From contig OZ076409.1 of assembly GCA_964187785.1 (NCBI GenBank), positions 9,798,001 through 9,862,000 of the forward strand: DNA of 64,000 nt, in the 5' to 3' direction. Shown here in pieces: positions 37,191 to 51,184 of the stretch; the first letter of the stretch is position 1, and the number at the start of each line of letters is the position of its first letter. Source of the DNA: Amphiscolops sp. MND2022 (taxonomy: Eukaryota). The notes below the pieces were generated by a model that saw only the letters and a list, made by a program, of their open reading frames with translations, searched no databases and was not told the origin of the DNA. Position numbers and translations under genes: made by a program.

Positions 37191-40100
37191 TGTTGATGCA
37201 ATACAACTGTTACATTATTGACTGATCTCTTTCAAATATAAGAACATCATTAGCCGAATTTACAGTTTCTTCATGGTGTCCAGACCAGGATTTGTTCCCC
37301 GAGTTACTGCTTCAATATATAACCTTTTTTTGGAACTGGTTCTTTCATTACTGAAAAAAGTCAGTTGATTGGATGTGGTCTTTTTCAGCACTTCAACCTG
37401 CAGATGAACCCCTGGTCGTGAGCAAAGAAAAAACATGAGACTTGTAAAATTTTCTGAAGCTCATTTCTTCGAGATAGCAGGTCCTTGAAAAAAATCTTTG
37501 TCACCGAAACTTTATTATAATTTTATTACTCAAATGTGAAAAAGTTTTGCTGATTCAGTCAGTTGGAAAAACTCAACTGAAACTGTTTCTCTGATCAAAC
37601 AACGTTGTGAAAAAATGATTCTGAGGGAAAGCACGCATGGTTTTCATTCTGGCTGCTAGTTCTTTACACCATGCATTAGGAACTTTGTCCCTCGAAGCGA
37701 AGGAACAATTTAAAGACACGACTTATACCATCCCGGGCCTAAGTCTTAACCCAAACACAAAAAAAACCAAACCGATTGTTAAAAATTTACTTTCAAAAGA
37801 CCTGAAAGATGAAAAACACATTGTAATCTGCCACGATGTTTTGAACAATATCATTTCAAAACATGATAGCAATTTTTCCGTGCTTTATCAGTGTAGGATC
37901 CAATTGAAAACTTGAAAAGTCTCCAGGACAAGCGTTGTGCTCTGGTGTATTGCCAACGTAACCGCACTCCGTTTTTTTCGAAGAATTGAAAACATAGCAA
38001 ATTGATCATGGTATCCAAGTGTTCAGAATTGTCAAAGATTTTATATCTCTGCAAAAACAAGTATCCCGAGATTCTTCAAAATTTAAGGATCTGCAGCAGA
38101 GTCCAGAGCTTGAGCTGAAAAATGTTGACGTTTTTGTTCGTAAAGAGAACCAACTTACTAGATTAACTGATGAATGTCGCCCCAAAAGACCTAGCAAGCG
38201 TGCCCGTATATCTATAAAGAAGGCTTCCTCGATGCCTTCGTCTCCGTAACCCCCTCCATTTCTTCTAGCTGTTGAGACAGTGTGCGAACTTCACTGATCG
38301 GTTGAAGACTCTTTGGCTGTTCCTCCTTTTATAGAGTTGTGTCCAGTCTTGACTGACTGGTTGATACTCTGAAGAAAGTTTCGTCCTTCATCCGCACCAC
38401 TGTAAACTGAGACAGCGTTTCCTCAACGTAACGTAAGTTCACCGTGTTCCGTACTTGTAGTCTGTAACTACTTTTAACCTAAAACCGAAAAAACGTCACT
38501 TTCTTCGTTGAAAATCTATCGAATACTGTGCTGTTGTCGATTCTCGCCGTTCTTCCTACAACCGAACTTTTTCTGGAACTGTGTCCAAACTTAATTGTTT
38601 GATTGATGACTGAAAAAGTACAAACGCCTACCGATTTCAAAAATTGAAAATGTCATGTCTGCTCCGATTTGCCAGAAAGGACAAAAGGTTTTTGAAAGTC
38701 CTGCGAAAGTTGAAGCCGACTTAAAAAACTTTCATAAGGATGTCACGAAGAAAGTGAACAATGCCGAGAGACGCGTCAGGGTCGAACGGTTGGTCACTTA
38801 CTGCGAAGAGGCCATGCCTAAAGCGTTCTCCAAGAATGAACGGCTCCTCGAGCTTGCTCAGAAAACAAGTGGCCCTGAATCTATAAAGGCCGATTCGGAA
38901 AAGTGACTGAACGACATCACTGCCCAAAACGATGAAATTCTCAAGAGTGGAAGAGAGTACATAGACCAGTGCCCCAACACTGAAAGGTCATCACAATCAT
39001 CCGCTAAGATTTCCAAAACTGTCAAATCCAGTGAAGCTTCTAGTAGCAAAGTGTCTAAGTTCTCCAGTCAAAGCAACGCAATTTGCTTATTGCTCATCAA
39101 AAACGAGAGCAGATAGAAATACAAAACAAAGCCGCTTTACGACTCGCTAGGCAGAGGCAAGAGCTCGAACTAGAGCAGCTACAAGAAAAAAAACCGGAAA
39201 CGACTTTCAGAATCTCATCTTGTGGAGTTGGAACTCCAAGATGTCTTTTCTGAAGCCAACGAGGATGTGCACGAAAGTTTGTCACGACTGAGTGGTGCAA
39301 GCGCAGCCAAAGAGAATCAAAGGATAAGCGAATGGATCAAAAACTCGCCGGCTGTAACTATTGACAACAATCAACCGGAAGCAGTGGTTTTTTCCTTGGC
39401 CATTGCCACGCCGATTGCTGCCACAACAGCTAAGACATCTCCTCTACAGCCATGGGATAACGTCGATGTGTAAACTCTGAGACCGGACGGTACGAATCAA
39501 GCTTTCACAACAGTTGATGTACCCACAACTATCGTTACGTTACCAACCGCGGGTCCTACCACTGTAGCACAGGCTGTAACATCACTCATATCTCCGGACA
39601 TTACCGTGTCGTTTCCGAGACCATCAACATCGGCCTTTTCACAACAATTGCCTACCCTTCCGTCAACCAGTACTTTCTCACATATCCCACAGCGATTGAT
39701 ACTGCCAAGGATGCCAACGTTCACAATGCCGGTGGACCATATCCTACCTAACTTATCCGCATGGAGCTTCCCGAACCCTAACGTCAACACGACACCGATT
39801 GTCACAACAGTTTCTCCCCGGACACCACCGAAATACGTGTTTACCAATCCGGTTGCTAGTGGGGGAACTGTGTACTATGTTCCGCCAGCGACTGTTGGTA
39901 TCCCCATTGTTTACACAACGCAACCAACCACGTCCTTAAGTCCAACAGCTGCAACTTTTGTGCCTACAGGAATCACATCAATACTGTAATCAAGTACAGC
40001 AGGGTTTTCTATTCAAGATCTTGCTCTTTTGTTGGATTCAGCTAAGAAAGACCACCTGCCCGAGTGGAAGTTGGCACAATAGAGCGGCTATCCGCTACAA

Positions 40101-42790
40101 TGGCAAAAATGGTTCGGTCAATTGAACAGCGCTATCGATTCGGCACCACTAACAGACGATGTCAAGATAACGTACCTGAAGACCATGGTAATCGGTGAAG
40201 CCAAAACTGCAATTTCCGAATTCGCTTACTGTGGAGCGATGTATAAAGAGGCTCTGAAGACTTTAGAACAGAAATTCGGCAGGCCCAGACTGTAGTAACT
40301 GCGTACCTGGACAAGTTATCGAACCTACCACCTGCAAATATGCACAACAGAGAGAGCATCATCAGTTACTCGGAGACCATATCTTCTCTAGTCTGAGTCT
40401 TCGGGCCACTGAATTATTTTCAAGATATATCCAGTACATCACTACTGGGACAAGCGTTACAAAAGTTTTTACCGAACATGAAAGAAGCATGGTGGATGCA
40501 CACGGTGAAGCAAACAATGGACAGACCAACACTGATCGGTTTTAACGATTGGCTCAGAGACAAGGCAGACGCGCTTGAGCGCATGAAATTTGCGTCCCTC
40601 AAGCCAACATTCGAGGACAGTACCAATACAATGACAACCAAGACCAAAACTGACTCCAAAGTTTCCGCCTCGATAGCCTCACAGAGAGAACAAAACTTGA
40701 GGATGACAAAAAGCTTTGTTTTTCATGTTTCAACCCCAAACACTCGTTCTGACAGTGTCCTGAGCCCCGTTAATGTACAAAACAGACATGTAGAAGTTCA
40801 CACACTACACTTTTGCAGGATGCCGAGCGGATTTTCAAAAAGAATACTGTCAGTAGCAACAAAGCAAAACCCGAACCATCTGGTTACATTGGCACAAGGA
40901 CAAACAGCGAAAAACCAGAAGAAATCCCAGGCATGCCTTCCGTCACAGATGTCAAAGGATTTCTACAAGTAACCGAAGTCGAACTTCAGGCACATGGGAA
41001 GTCAGCAAAGGATCTAGCACTGTGTGATTTTGCCTGTAGTCATTCCTGGATCTCTGCAAATCTGGCCAAAAGGTCAAACGTTAATGGTGAACCAACACAA
41101 CTCACCGTCCACGGGATTGATTCTAACCAAGTTGTTGACACACAAATGGTAGAGCAAAAGTTGACACCCGTTCATTCAGGTGGCTCTTGCTCGCCCTTTG
41201 CTGTGAAACCGTACGTCAGGGAAGAGCTCAGTGTTGGAACTGACTTCATAGACGTCGAAATGTTGAAAATAACGTACCCGCACCTCGAACCAATCGTTTT
41301 GAAAAAGTACAGTTACACTGATGTTGAAATGATCCTTGGTCAAGATGTGTTTCACTCGATTCGTTCGCTGAAGTATTTTGACTCCGACCGCAAAATTACT
41401 CCTGTTGCCGTCCGTTTACCATTGGGCTGGGTTTTGAGTGGACCACTACCGTCGACCTCTGAATTTTATTCAACTTGCTCTAAAGCTGTTACTTGTGGAT
41501 TCGCGTTCCGCTGCCGATACGAGGGCGTCGAAATTACTAGAAGAAACAACGTACCACGATGGTAGCCGGTACCAAGTGGGAATCTTGTGGGCCTAAGACG
41601 GAAGTAGCTTGCCGATTAACTACTCTTCTGCCTTGGTACAGCTAAAGTCGTTGGAGCGACGTTTCCGTAAAGACCCCGAGAAGAAACAGCCCTGCGGGTA
41701 AACAATCCTGATGACTTGGATGAAAGGTATATCGAGAAAATCGAAAAAACAGTCTGCATAAAAGTTGCCATCCCCCTAGAGTGGTATTTACCTTACCACC
41801 CAGTTGTCCACCCACATAAACCTGGCAAGGTCCGCAGAGTTTTGAACGGAGCAGCAAAATTTCAGGGTCAATCTCTGAACAACCCTTTGTTAATCGGACC
41901 GGATTTGCTGCAAAGTTCAATCCACATTTCAATCCGTTTCCGACAGTTCAAGTATGCCGTCTGAGCAGACATTGAGGGAATGTTTTTGCAAGTTGGAGTT
42001 ATTCGACGCAATCGATCGTCACTTCGTTTCCTTTGGTGTGAAGGTCCAGCTTCCGAAATGGCTGTCTACCGATATATCTGACATATCTTTGGTTCCAAAG
42101 ACTCGCCTGCGTGCGCCAACTATAACTTGAAACGCACTGGTACCGACAATCGAAGCGACTTTCCGTAAGCAGCTTGGAGTGTCCACCGAAACTTCTACAT
42201 GGACGATTACTTGGAATCAAACCCTACCGTGGAAGAAACCTGCAACAAAGCGAAGGATCTAGTAAAGCTACTTGCAAAAGGTGGATTCAAGTTAACCAAG
42301 TTCGTTTCCAACGTAGACCAGCTTCCATTCAAAGCTGGAACCAAATTTGACACCGAACCAAGGAGAAGCGATACCGAGTGCTGACGAGTGTTCCCGTGTT
42401 TTGGGCTTCAAATGGAATCACTCATCTGATACACTGGTAGTGAGTCGAGGCACATGTCCTGACACTACCAAAAAGATAACTCAAAGTGTAGTGTTAAACT
42501 TAGTATCAGAGGTGTACGATTCAAATGGCCACGTGGCTCCCTACACAGTGCAAGCCAGATTTTTGTTGAAAGACATTTGGAGACTAAGTGGTCAAATTGG
42601 TACGATGACCCACACGATGAAATCCTGACCAAGTTCACTGAGTGGAGCAAATATTTACCAACATTGGGCAAAACTGGAATACTAAGGAGCTACTTCGAAG
42701 GCAGTGTGGAATCACTGGAGCTTCACATGTTTGGTGATAGCTCACAAGAGGTTTTCAGCGGTGGCGCCTTTTTACGAGGAAAAGTAACGA
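37191..42790 (+). mobile_element. 3'-truncated BEL/Pao LTR retrotransposon (5' boundary uncertain)
   Basis: ...CA|TGGTGTCCAGACCAGGATT PBS at 37274 (tRNA-His-like); gag-pol remnants from ~38607: ALCDFACSHSWI protease, LPLGWVLSGP, WYLPYHPV, FYMDDY, LHMFGDSS. Confidence 0.85.
37637..38249 (+). pseudogene. Extra ORF upstream of BEL gag, SGNH/GDSL-fold-like (frameshifted)
   Basis: VFILAASSL / IPGLSL / IVICHDVLNN / DLQQSPE occur in SGNH block order; pieces 37637-37915 and 38019-38249 join via two frameshifts. Confidence 0.45.
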
Positions 42791-43299
42791 ACGCACTTTG
42801 AACACTCATTTTAGACCCAAAGGTACTCCATAACTATCCCCTAAAGGATGGATAAAACTAAAGAGGCTCATGAAGGTAGGACACCACGTCGTTAGTAAAA
42901 CGTTTCAGCCCAGCACAGTACAGCGAGGACGTTGAAAAGCACCAACGAGCAAAAATTCTTCAATTTGATACTTGAGAAGTTGCACAGCATCAGCGGAAAC
43001 TTTCGGTAGAGACGTTTCACACAAAAGCATTTGGGTATGTTGACGAAGTATAAACAAAAAACAGAGCCCCGCTATCAACAGTTACAATCGGAGAAAAAAG
43101 ATATCTTCAGACGGCCATGGGAAAATAAGCACCCAACGAAAGGACTAAAACATTAGAATCGACGAAAAAGTAAAGGCTCATTGCACCATTATACGCGTTG
43201 AGCCGCCCACACTTCACCGCTGAGAGAAACAATTACAAACGTAGAGCCGCTCTTCTTGGGATACAACACAACTCTAGTGAGTTTAAAGCGGATGAACGG

Positions 43300-46200
43300 T
43301 ATAGACTATTACAATGGAAAAACAATCAAAAATCCCACTGAAAATAACCCCATTCAGAGATACAGTTTTCCCGTTCCTTATGATGTTTACTGGACATACA
43401 AGAAGAAACTTGAACCAGATCAACGCCATCACAAGAGACCAATACCCGACGACTATTGCGAACCCAAATTATTGGCATTTTGCAAGTCGAAGAAACTAAA
43501 GCAGCCATAGCATCTTCCGCTGATATGAATGAGCAAATATTCATCAAAAGTTTCCTTGATAACTTAGGCCAAACCGCTAAATCTACAAGCGTTGGCACTG
43601 CCGCTGCTTCACATATTGTGATCAGCAATAAAAGCAGCAACAATTCATGAATACCAACATTGAATCTTCCCATGAAAACCGACATCTTTTTTTATGATTC
43701 GAACAGCTCCGGTAACTCATATACCTCGCTTTCACGTTCATAAAAACTGCCGTTCAACAGCGTTCAACAACAAAATCAAAACCACGCGAGAGCACGTTCC
43801 TCGGAAATTGTCTTTGTTGCGGACAAAAACACAGACTCTACACGTGTCCAAAGTACAATGAACTGAGTAATGACAGAACAAGAAACTTCAAAAAGGAATA
43901 GGCTTCAACTACCTTTGGTACGAATACAGTTTTCAGGACTGCACAAGGGATAGTAAAAACAAAGATTGTTATCAATTGCGTCAGATATAGCCTCATCGAC
44001 AAGGGAACAATTTCACAGCGACTTCAGATTAAAAAGCATAATACAGACGTAACAATTGTTACCCTTAACAGCGCTACAAATATCTAAAAAGAACTTTTTA
44101 ACACAGCTGTAGTTCAAGTGCAGGTTAGGCACGGTGTTGAGTCCTCGGAGATCTACTGGATTCTTGTTCTCAGACGTCTGACGATGCTTCTTGGAAACTA
44201 CGCTTTCCTAAACAGTGCAACTCGATACAGTTTCCGCTTTGGATTTTAGGACAAGAATTTCAGCTGCTGTCACCATTGAAATTCAACAACTAAATTCGTT
44301 TGTTAACTCGTTGCGTGTTAGAGCATTTGGTCTTCACATACTAACACGAACATTTCCAATGCATAATCAATTTGTTCGAAAATCATCGCAATTTCACTTA
44401 CGCATCTCTCAATTTCCAGACAGCTGGCCGCATTGATCTAGTTCTTGTTACAGAAGTTTTCCAAGATTTGTTCTTCAAGGAAAAGACAATTTTCGAAAAC
44501 TGTAGTGTTCGGTGAAGGCAGGTTTAGGTTGGGTTGTGTTTGGACTGACTCACAGTAAATCAAGTTATCAAGTTCATTCGTTTTTTGCTTGGATAGGCCT
44601 TGGGAGATACTTCGCGAACTAGGGGACGTGCCGGAAGTTTGCCAAGAATTAGAAGGACGGTGGATTTTTTTTTCGTAGAATCGCCTACCATGTTTTCCCC
44701 ACAAAACGATCGGAGACTATTTGTCAGTTCAGAAAAAATCTATCTAGATTACAACAAAAAATGCAACAAGAAATTTGTTTCTTTAACGAATTTTTAGTAC
44801 TCGGTAACCCGGAAGGTGTCCTTGAAAACGATAATGTCATCCTATCTGACTTTTTCCCTTACCCCACCAGTCTGTTACTAAGGCTGAGAGTACACGACAA
44901 GGCCGCAAGTCGTGCTTGATGCTTCAGCAAAAACATGTCTGAACAGTTGTTTGAATGGTCGGATCAACATTTCAGAGAGAGTTATTTGGAAACCTTATTC
45001 AACTTCAATTTCACTAATTTGTGCTAAGTGGCGAGATAGCCCAAATATAACACAAATTTGCATTGTAAGACCCTGACCTTGTTTTCTTTGTGTTTTATTG
45101 CGTGAGGAGACACAAGCAATTCTGCAATCTCAAATGGCGCGTTTATGCTACGCTGTTACTTGTTCTAGTTTTCAACATCATCGGTCTACACTGGAGTTAG
45201 CAAAAACTGCCCCAGAAACAGTTGATTGAATCAATGAACGTGACTTGTATGTAGGCGATATAAAATACAAGTTGAGATGATTTTAAAGAATCAACAGAGT
45301 TACAAGACCAAGTGTTGAAAGTTTCTCATGCAGGCGCTACTCTCGACGAAAGGGTATGCCTAACGGTCAACAATCGCACTGAAAACATCAAAAACAAATC
45401 GAGAAGCTGAAGATGTATCAATCTTCAAGACGAGAGAACTAAAAAGAGACAATAAAAAGTGTGTGGAGGGCTAGTCGAAAAGAGACGCGCTTTCTGATAA
45501 TACCTGCTTTTTGATCATCTTGGCTGCTTCTCACCGGTTCTTGTTAGGTTCAAATATGCCATATAAATTTACAAGTTTATCAAAATTCAATTATCGTTGC
45601 TGCTACGATACAGCTTGATTGCTAGCAAAAACTATTCAATTCATCAGCGTCTTTTAGTAGACCGACTAAACTTCAATACGGCACTTCGAATTTCATGTGT
45701 TGCCTCAGAGTTGCCTGAGAAAACTGACGTGGGTGCAATTTATGTTGCTGTTTGCTGCAAGGACGCAAAGAGTTGTCATCTGATAGCCTCAAAAACAACA
45801 TTTGCAACAGTCAAACCTCTTTCTTTGCCCGGTCTGGAGCTATGTCCAACAGTTCTGGATTTTTTTCTTCTTCAAACAATTCACAGAGTTCCACTTAACC
45901 TCTGCGATGACAGATTGTCACTGAATGGTTGTACAAGTTTACCTACTGCTTCCTCTTGAACATCCAAGGAAGCTAACTTTTGAGAAACGTTCCATCGTAA
46001 CCGCACTTTCAAAACTCAATCCATTTTATCATTTAAAACTTGACATCACGATGTCAATAACGAAAACTCAGATGATATTTGTTATCGTGGTTTCTCTGCA
46101 GGCAAAATTGCAATCAAGTTTTTGTGGTGGCATTGACAACCATGGGTATCCGGGAAGTCATCATGACTATTCTCTCCACTGACTCCTCGCGATACTTTCA

Positions 46201-47820
46201 CTGACCAAACAGAGGATGCGAGTAGTCAAACCAGCCAGTTAAAACAAGTTTAGATTCTCTCGAGAAGTTCAGAAGGTTGCAATAAAATGATTGATTATCC
46301 CACTACATTTTACGTTTTTGGAATTGAAGTCAGAGCAAACCTCACTCCACTTCAACAATTGCAGAAATGTTTTATGCGTTTACCAATTCTTTACAATTGA
46401 CTTAGTCAGATGATTTGAAAGACAAAATTGCCCTGTTGCCAAGTTAATTCCTTTCACCTAAAAAGTTTTACCTCTTTTTGTAGAATCTGTCACTTAGGTG
46501 GTTCGAGTTGGTGGTCGTTTGGACAATGGTGACTTTTCACAACTAGAATACTAACAGATAATGATTTGCAAAGGTTCGCTGATTGCCAAAATATCAAGTG
46601 CAGAGGCCCTATTTTATGCTTCACATAGTGGAGTTGTTTAGTTCTGTAATGATTGACCTTTTCGTTCAAACCACGTCAACTGTCCGCTCTTTCATGACTT
46701 TGGAGCGGAATTCATTGGACCTTTATAGGACAGCTTTCTTCCGCAAAAAGAACCGTTCAAAAGTTTACGGTTTTCTTCTTGTTTGTTTCTCTACGGGATT
46801 ATGAACCTCAGAAGTTATTTTCTCTATATGAAGAAGCATTCCTAGCAGCAGTTGCACGTTTTTGCGTCTGAAGAGATCAACCAACAAATTCGTCTCAGAC
46901 AATGCAACGAATTTTATCTCCAGAACAGATTTAGACAAAAAATTGAAATTGATGCTTCAATTTACACATGAAGCAGAACTTGTCAGCAAAAGCAATCGAA
47001 TGGTCAGTTGTACCAGTAAATGCACCAAAATTTGGAGGAATTTAGGAAACTTCACTCCAGTCCATGAAACATTATCCACGAAAGGTCATGAAGAATTTAT
47101 TCTATTAATAGGACAATTCACAACACTCGTTACGAAATTTGAAGGCATGGTCAAATCGAGACAACCGATTTCCTTATACACTATACACTGACGCTAATTA
47201 TTTGAACGCTTCCACACTAAGTCATTTCTTAACTGGCTCACCCAACAACCTAATTTTTGACCTGAATTCCAAAAAGACAAGTCCTTTGGGCCACATCAAA
47301 GTTGTCCAGCAAACGCAGACAACACGAAGCCAGGTTTGTCAGTAATGGAATCGAAACTACATCACCTCTCTGCAAGATCGATAAAATGGTTGAAGAATGC
47401 AATCAACTTCAAACTAAGTAAGCTTGTATAGGTTGAGGGGATCACATTGTCAATTTCTTGATTGACATATTGCTTGAAATGCCGATCTCTCCAAAGGAAA
47501 CGGTAACCACACACGTGAAATGGAAGGAAAATTGCAAGATGCATAATCATGAAGCCGATTGTTAAAGTGAGAACAATTGTCTATCCTTGCACCATTTTTT
47601 TCATGGTATCCTTGCAATATTCATTCAGTTGTCAGTTATATTTTTTGTTATCTTATCGCAATATTGTTTTGGTTCCTTTGGTTTGTTTTCTCAGAGTTTT
47701 CTTCCTTGTTATCGGGTTAAGGTTTTTAAGGTTTTTCTAATTTTTTTGAGTACCCTAGACAACTGACAGTTTCACCTCATCTTGTCATTTAGAAAGCTTT
47801 AGTTCAAGGCGGGACTAAGT
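43300..47820 (+). mobile_element. Ancient, heavily decayed BEL/Pao gag-pol relic (boundaries approximate)
   Basis: Scattered motifs: LDASAKT (~44915), KPLSLPGLELC (ORF 45597), FVSDNATNF (ORF 46862), LSHFLTG (ORF 47139). Confidence 0.75.
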
Positions 47821-49176
47821 GTGGTTGTTTATTACTACTAATTTGACCTACTAAACCAAAGCCATGTGAACAAAATGTTAAAACAAGAATATCTGAATTG
47901 TAACGCATACTGCAGAATATGCCGACAAGTACTTGAACTTTAAAGAGGTCAAAGGCACTGTCTACTATCAATTCCAGCATGAACCGTGATCATTGTCCAA
48001 TCACGAACTCGACGAGAACCGGTACACCGACTAACAACCTTCTGAATGCAATGTTCCGTTGGTACAGATTAGAACTGGATTGATTAAACAGATAAACAAC
48101 CACTCGCAGATGAAACGGATTGAAGTAGATATAAAATATCGATGAAGATTCAGCTGTCAATTCAATTCGATTGATGAATTACTTAATCTTAGATGATGTT
48201 CCTTAATGTTTGTTTATGCACCAGTAGGCATCTATTCAGCCCTGACTGCAAAACTTATCAATCTTGCAGAGAGATTCATTTCGTATACAAACATACAGCA
48301 ATTGCATCTCTGATAATCCTTCTTCTCTGAGTCCTCGATTGAAAGTATTGTTGTTTCTAGGTTTAACTCATTTCGGTACAACAGTGTTTGGCTCGAATGT
48401 CCTAATTCCTTCATCTAACAGGCTTTAAAAGGACAATCCTCGTTTACTGAATCTGAGTTTCTATTTTTAGATGCGTGAACTCCAATTAACTGTACATTTT
48501 TGGATCCCTAAAGATGCCTATCTTGTATTTTGTTCAGTTCAGACCTTGATTTGGAAATTCTACTTCAACATTGCTTGTGGTTTTCTCGGGTGTGATGCTA
48601 TCCAGTTTTTTAGACCGTTTTTTTCCGTTTTTCATCTCAATCAAGTGAAAACTAGGTTTTCGTGCAACGAAATAGTTGGATTTCTTTGTAATTTTATGGT
48701 GAACAAAGTTCAATTGGTGAACAAAGTTGATGGAAAATGATTTACGTGGCAATTGGGAAGTTTCTTTTGAGTGTTATTGCTTTTAAGTGAAGTTATTTGT
48801 TGAATGATTGGTTTTAGAACCCCACTGAGGTCTCAAAATTAAAAGTATGACACTCCTTTTCATAGGTATCATCCTTTAAAAAGATATAAAAAGAGTTACA
48901 TCAGGATGTCATCATTCTATTTATATCCCACAAATCCATATTGCATGATATTCAAATTAAAACTATTGAGTCTAAGGAACCATGGAAAATGATTTGAAAT
49001 AAAGCACAAAGATATCTCAGATGTGATTTAGCAGCATATGAGATTTAGGCACCAAGTTATAGCTAATGCAGGTAAACCCGCAAAGTGCCGTGTGCTCGTC
49101 ACTTATCAAACCGCAGAACGACGTAAAGTGGCACTTATGTAAAAAGCATATGTTGACCTCTATACGTCAGACCTTG

Positions 49177-49316
49177 ATCCGCACGATGCCGCATACTCCT
49201 CAGTAGTCAATCCGCGTAATGCCGTATACTCGTCAGTAGTCAATCCGCATGATGCCGCATACTCGTCAGGACTCAATCCGCACGATGCCGTGTACTCTTT
49301 GCCTGCAATTCCGCAT
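49177..49316. repeat. 33-bp minisatellite, ~4 copies (ATCCGCAYGATGCCGCATACTCGTCAGTAGTCA)
   Basis: Directly visible; a degenerate copy lies at ~49075-49130. Confidence 0.85.
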
Positions 49317-50333
49317 ATTAGCATAAAATTAGCTCTCACAAACTGCGTTAACATGTTTGATGAGTCATATTGGTATGTAATGATGAATGAAATTTACACT
49401 TCGAGTATTTCAGATGAATAACAAAGTAAAACTGAACTCAGTTTGAGATCAGATTAACAAATGTTAAGTTACATGGTTGGTGTAAGACGCTGGGGGGTTA
49501 ATTTATAGTCTTTGTTGATCATCTAAATTCCGTAATCTTCTGGCAATTGGGTTTGGCAGTTCAAGGTTTCTTACGAACTGCTCAATGGCGCCAGCACAAC
49601 AGTGATGTTGGGACAGCATCAGAATGTTTTCCCTTCTCGCAGAACTACTTTACAAGAAACATGACATCAATGGTATAATTAGGAATTTTTGAAATATATA
49701 GTTTTCAAAAAAATTTGATGATTTTTCGAAGAAGTTGCAATTAACCCTATCTTCTTTCGTTTTCCAAGTTTATCAGGTAGTTTTCTTCAAACTTAGGACA
49801 AATGTATTAACCTGAACACATGTTGCAGATATTGAACTAACTTTGCGTTTAAATGCTTTCATTAAAAGTTCCCGTTTCGTGCTTTGAAAGAAACTTGGAT
49901 AAAAATGCGTTCTGACTTAGGTCTCCTAGGCAAAACCATTTAGGGTAACTCCAGATTTTGTTCAATTCATATTTGCTACAATTGCGCTGAGAACGCTGAG
50001 CGTCTGTTTCTTCGAAAGATGATGAAGCGTCTCATAAATAAAAATTGCCTTTTTCCACATTTTCAACCTAAGATGCTGGAAGATGGGTTCATTCGGTCGT
50101 TCGTTGGTTGGTGAGAAGTTTTGTTTTGCATCATGCATGATTTCTAGATGATACTGGCCCTAACCAAAAATTAAAAAAATCCTACCCAACCTATCCAGCG
50201 GCTTCAGGAAGTGCGGTGCCGAAAAGCGTCCTTAATGCTACCCGGGTCATTAACCCAAGTTTCCCAACCAGGTCGATCACAATCTGACCATATTATGGCA
50301 CCATACAAATCATACAAATTTCTTTACTATGAT

Positions 50334-51184
50334 TGTTGGGGACACGAACTAAATTAATCATTCTTTCATAGTAACCTTGAAAGAGTAGTAACTCGGATGA
50401 CTCTTAGGTAATCGCTCTCTTTAAAGTTTACAGGTCTTTACCGGTCATTCGGTTTTCGTGCTTTGCTTTTGCATTGATAAAAAGATTTTCCGTGTCGTTT
50501 TTACCAACGAACGTACCATTTCGGTCGTTCGTGCTCTTTTTTGGGTTCTACGCTTACAGTCGCCGGCTGAACCCGGTTCTCGTTAGTTTTCGGATACAGA
50601 TTGAACGTTTTTCGGTCCATGTCAATCAGTTGAATAAAATTTCAACAATTTTCATAGTGAAAATCCTTCAGTTCAAACGTTACGTAATTTGATCATCTTT
50701 CATTCAGTTCACCACGCCATACAGAAACAATTCTTTTGTGCAGCATGTTCAAATGTCTTTGAACATGCAGGAATCGGTAAAAAGCTGATTCAACTTGCGT
50801 TACTTTCTTACCGGTTTGAATTAATAAGTCAAGGAAAGAAATCCTTCCCAGACAACGACTTGTCTGGTACCTGCTAAAGTATCGTTGACATTTTGTGAAT
50901 CCCTTCCTAGGATATTTTTGAGTTGGAATAACTTGGGAAACAGGCACTGCTCGTGTCAATCCAACATTAAACTTTCACCGCTAGCTGGTCCTTCATGAGC
51001 TGTAATCTTGTCACCAAGCCATAATTCCCATTCCTGTTAACTTTCTTTTAACTTAATCTTCAATGTAAAGCAACTTTGCTTTATACTTGAACAGCTAATC
51101 AATTAATTCTTCAATTCATTCCTCAGCATTCGATGCTCCAAAGTTAACAGCCACAAACCCCCTTGGTTCACGCGTGCAAAAACA
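50334..51184 (+). repeat. BEL 5' LTR (851 bp)
   Basis: Direct repeat of 58184-59027. Confidence 0.93.

Noticed and set aside
48232..48752. Short minus-strand ORFs as host exons
   Set aside because: No motifs and no coherent splice structure
49177..49316. CRISPR-like array
   Set aside because: Contiguous tandem units without unique spacers, eukaryotic context, no cas genes
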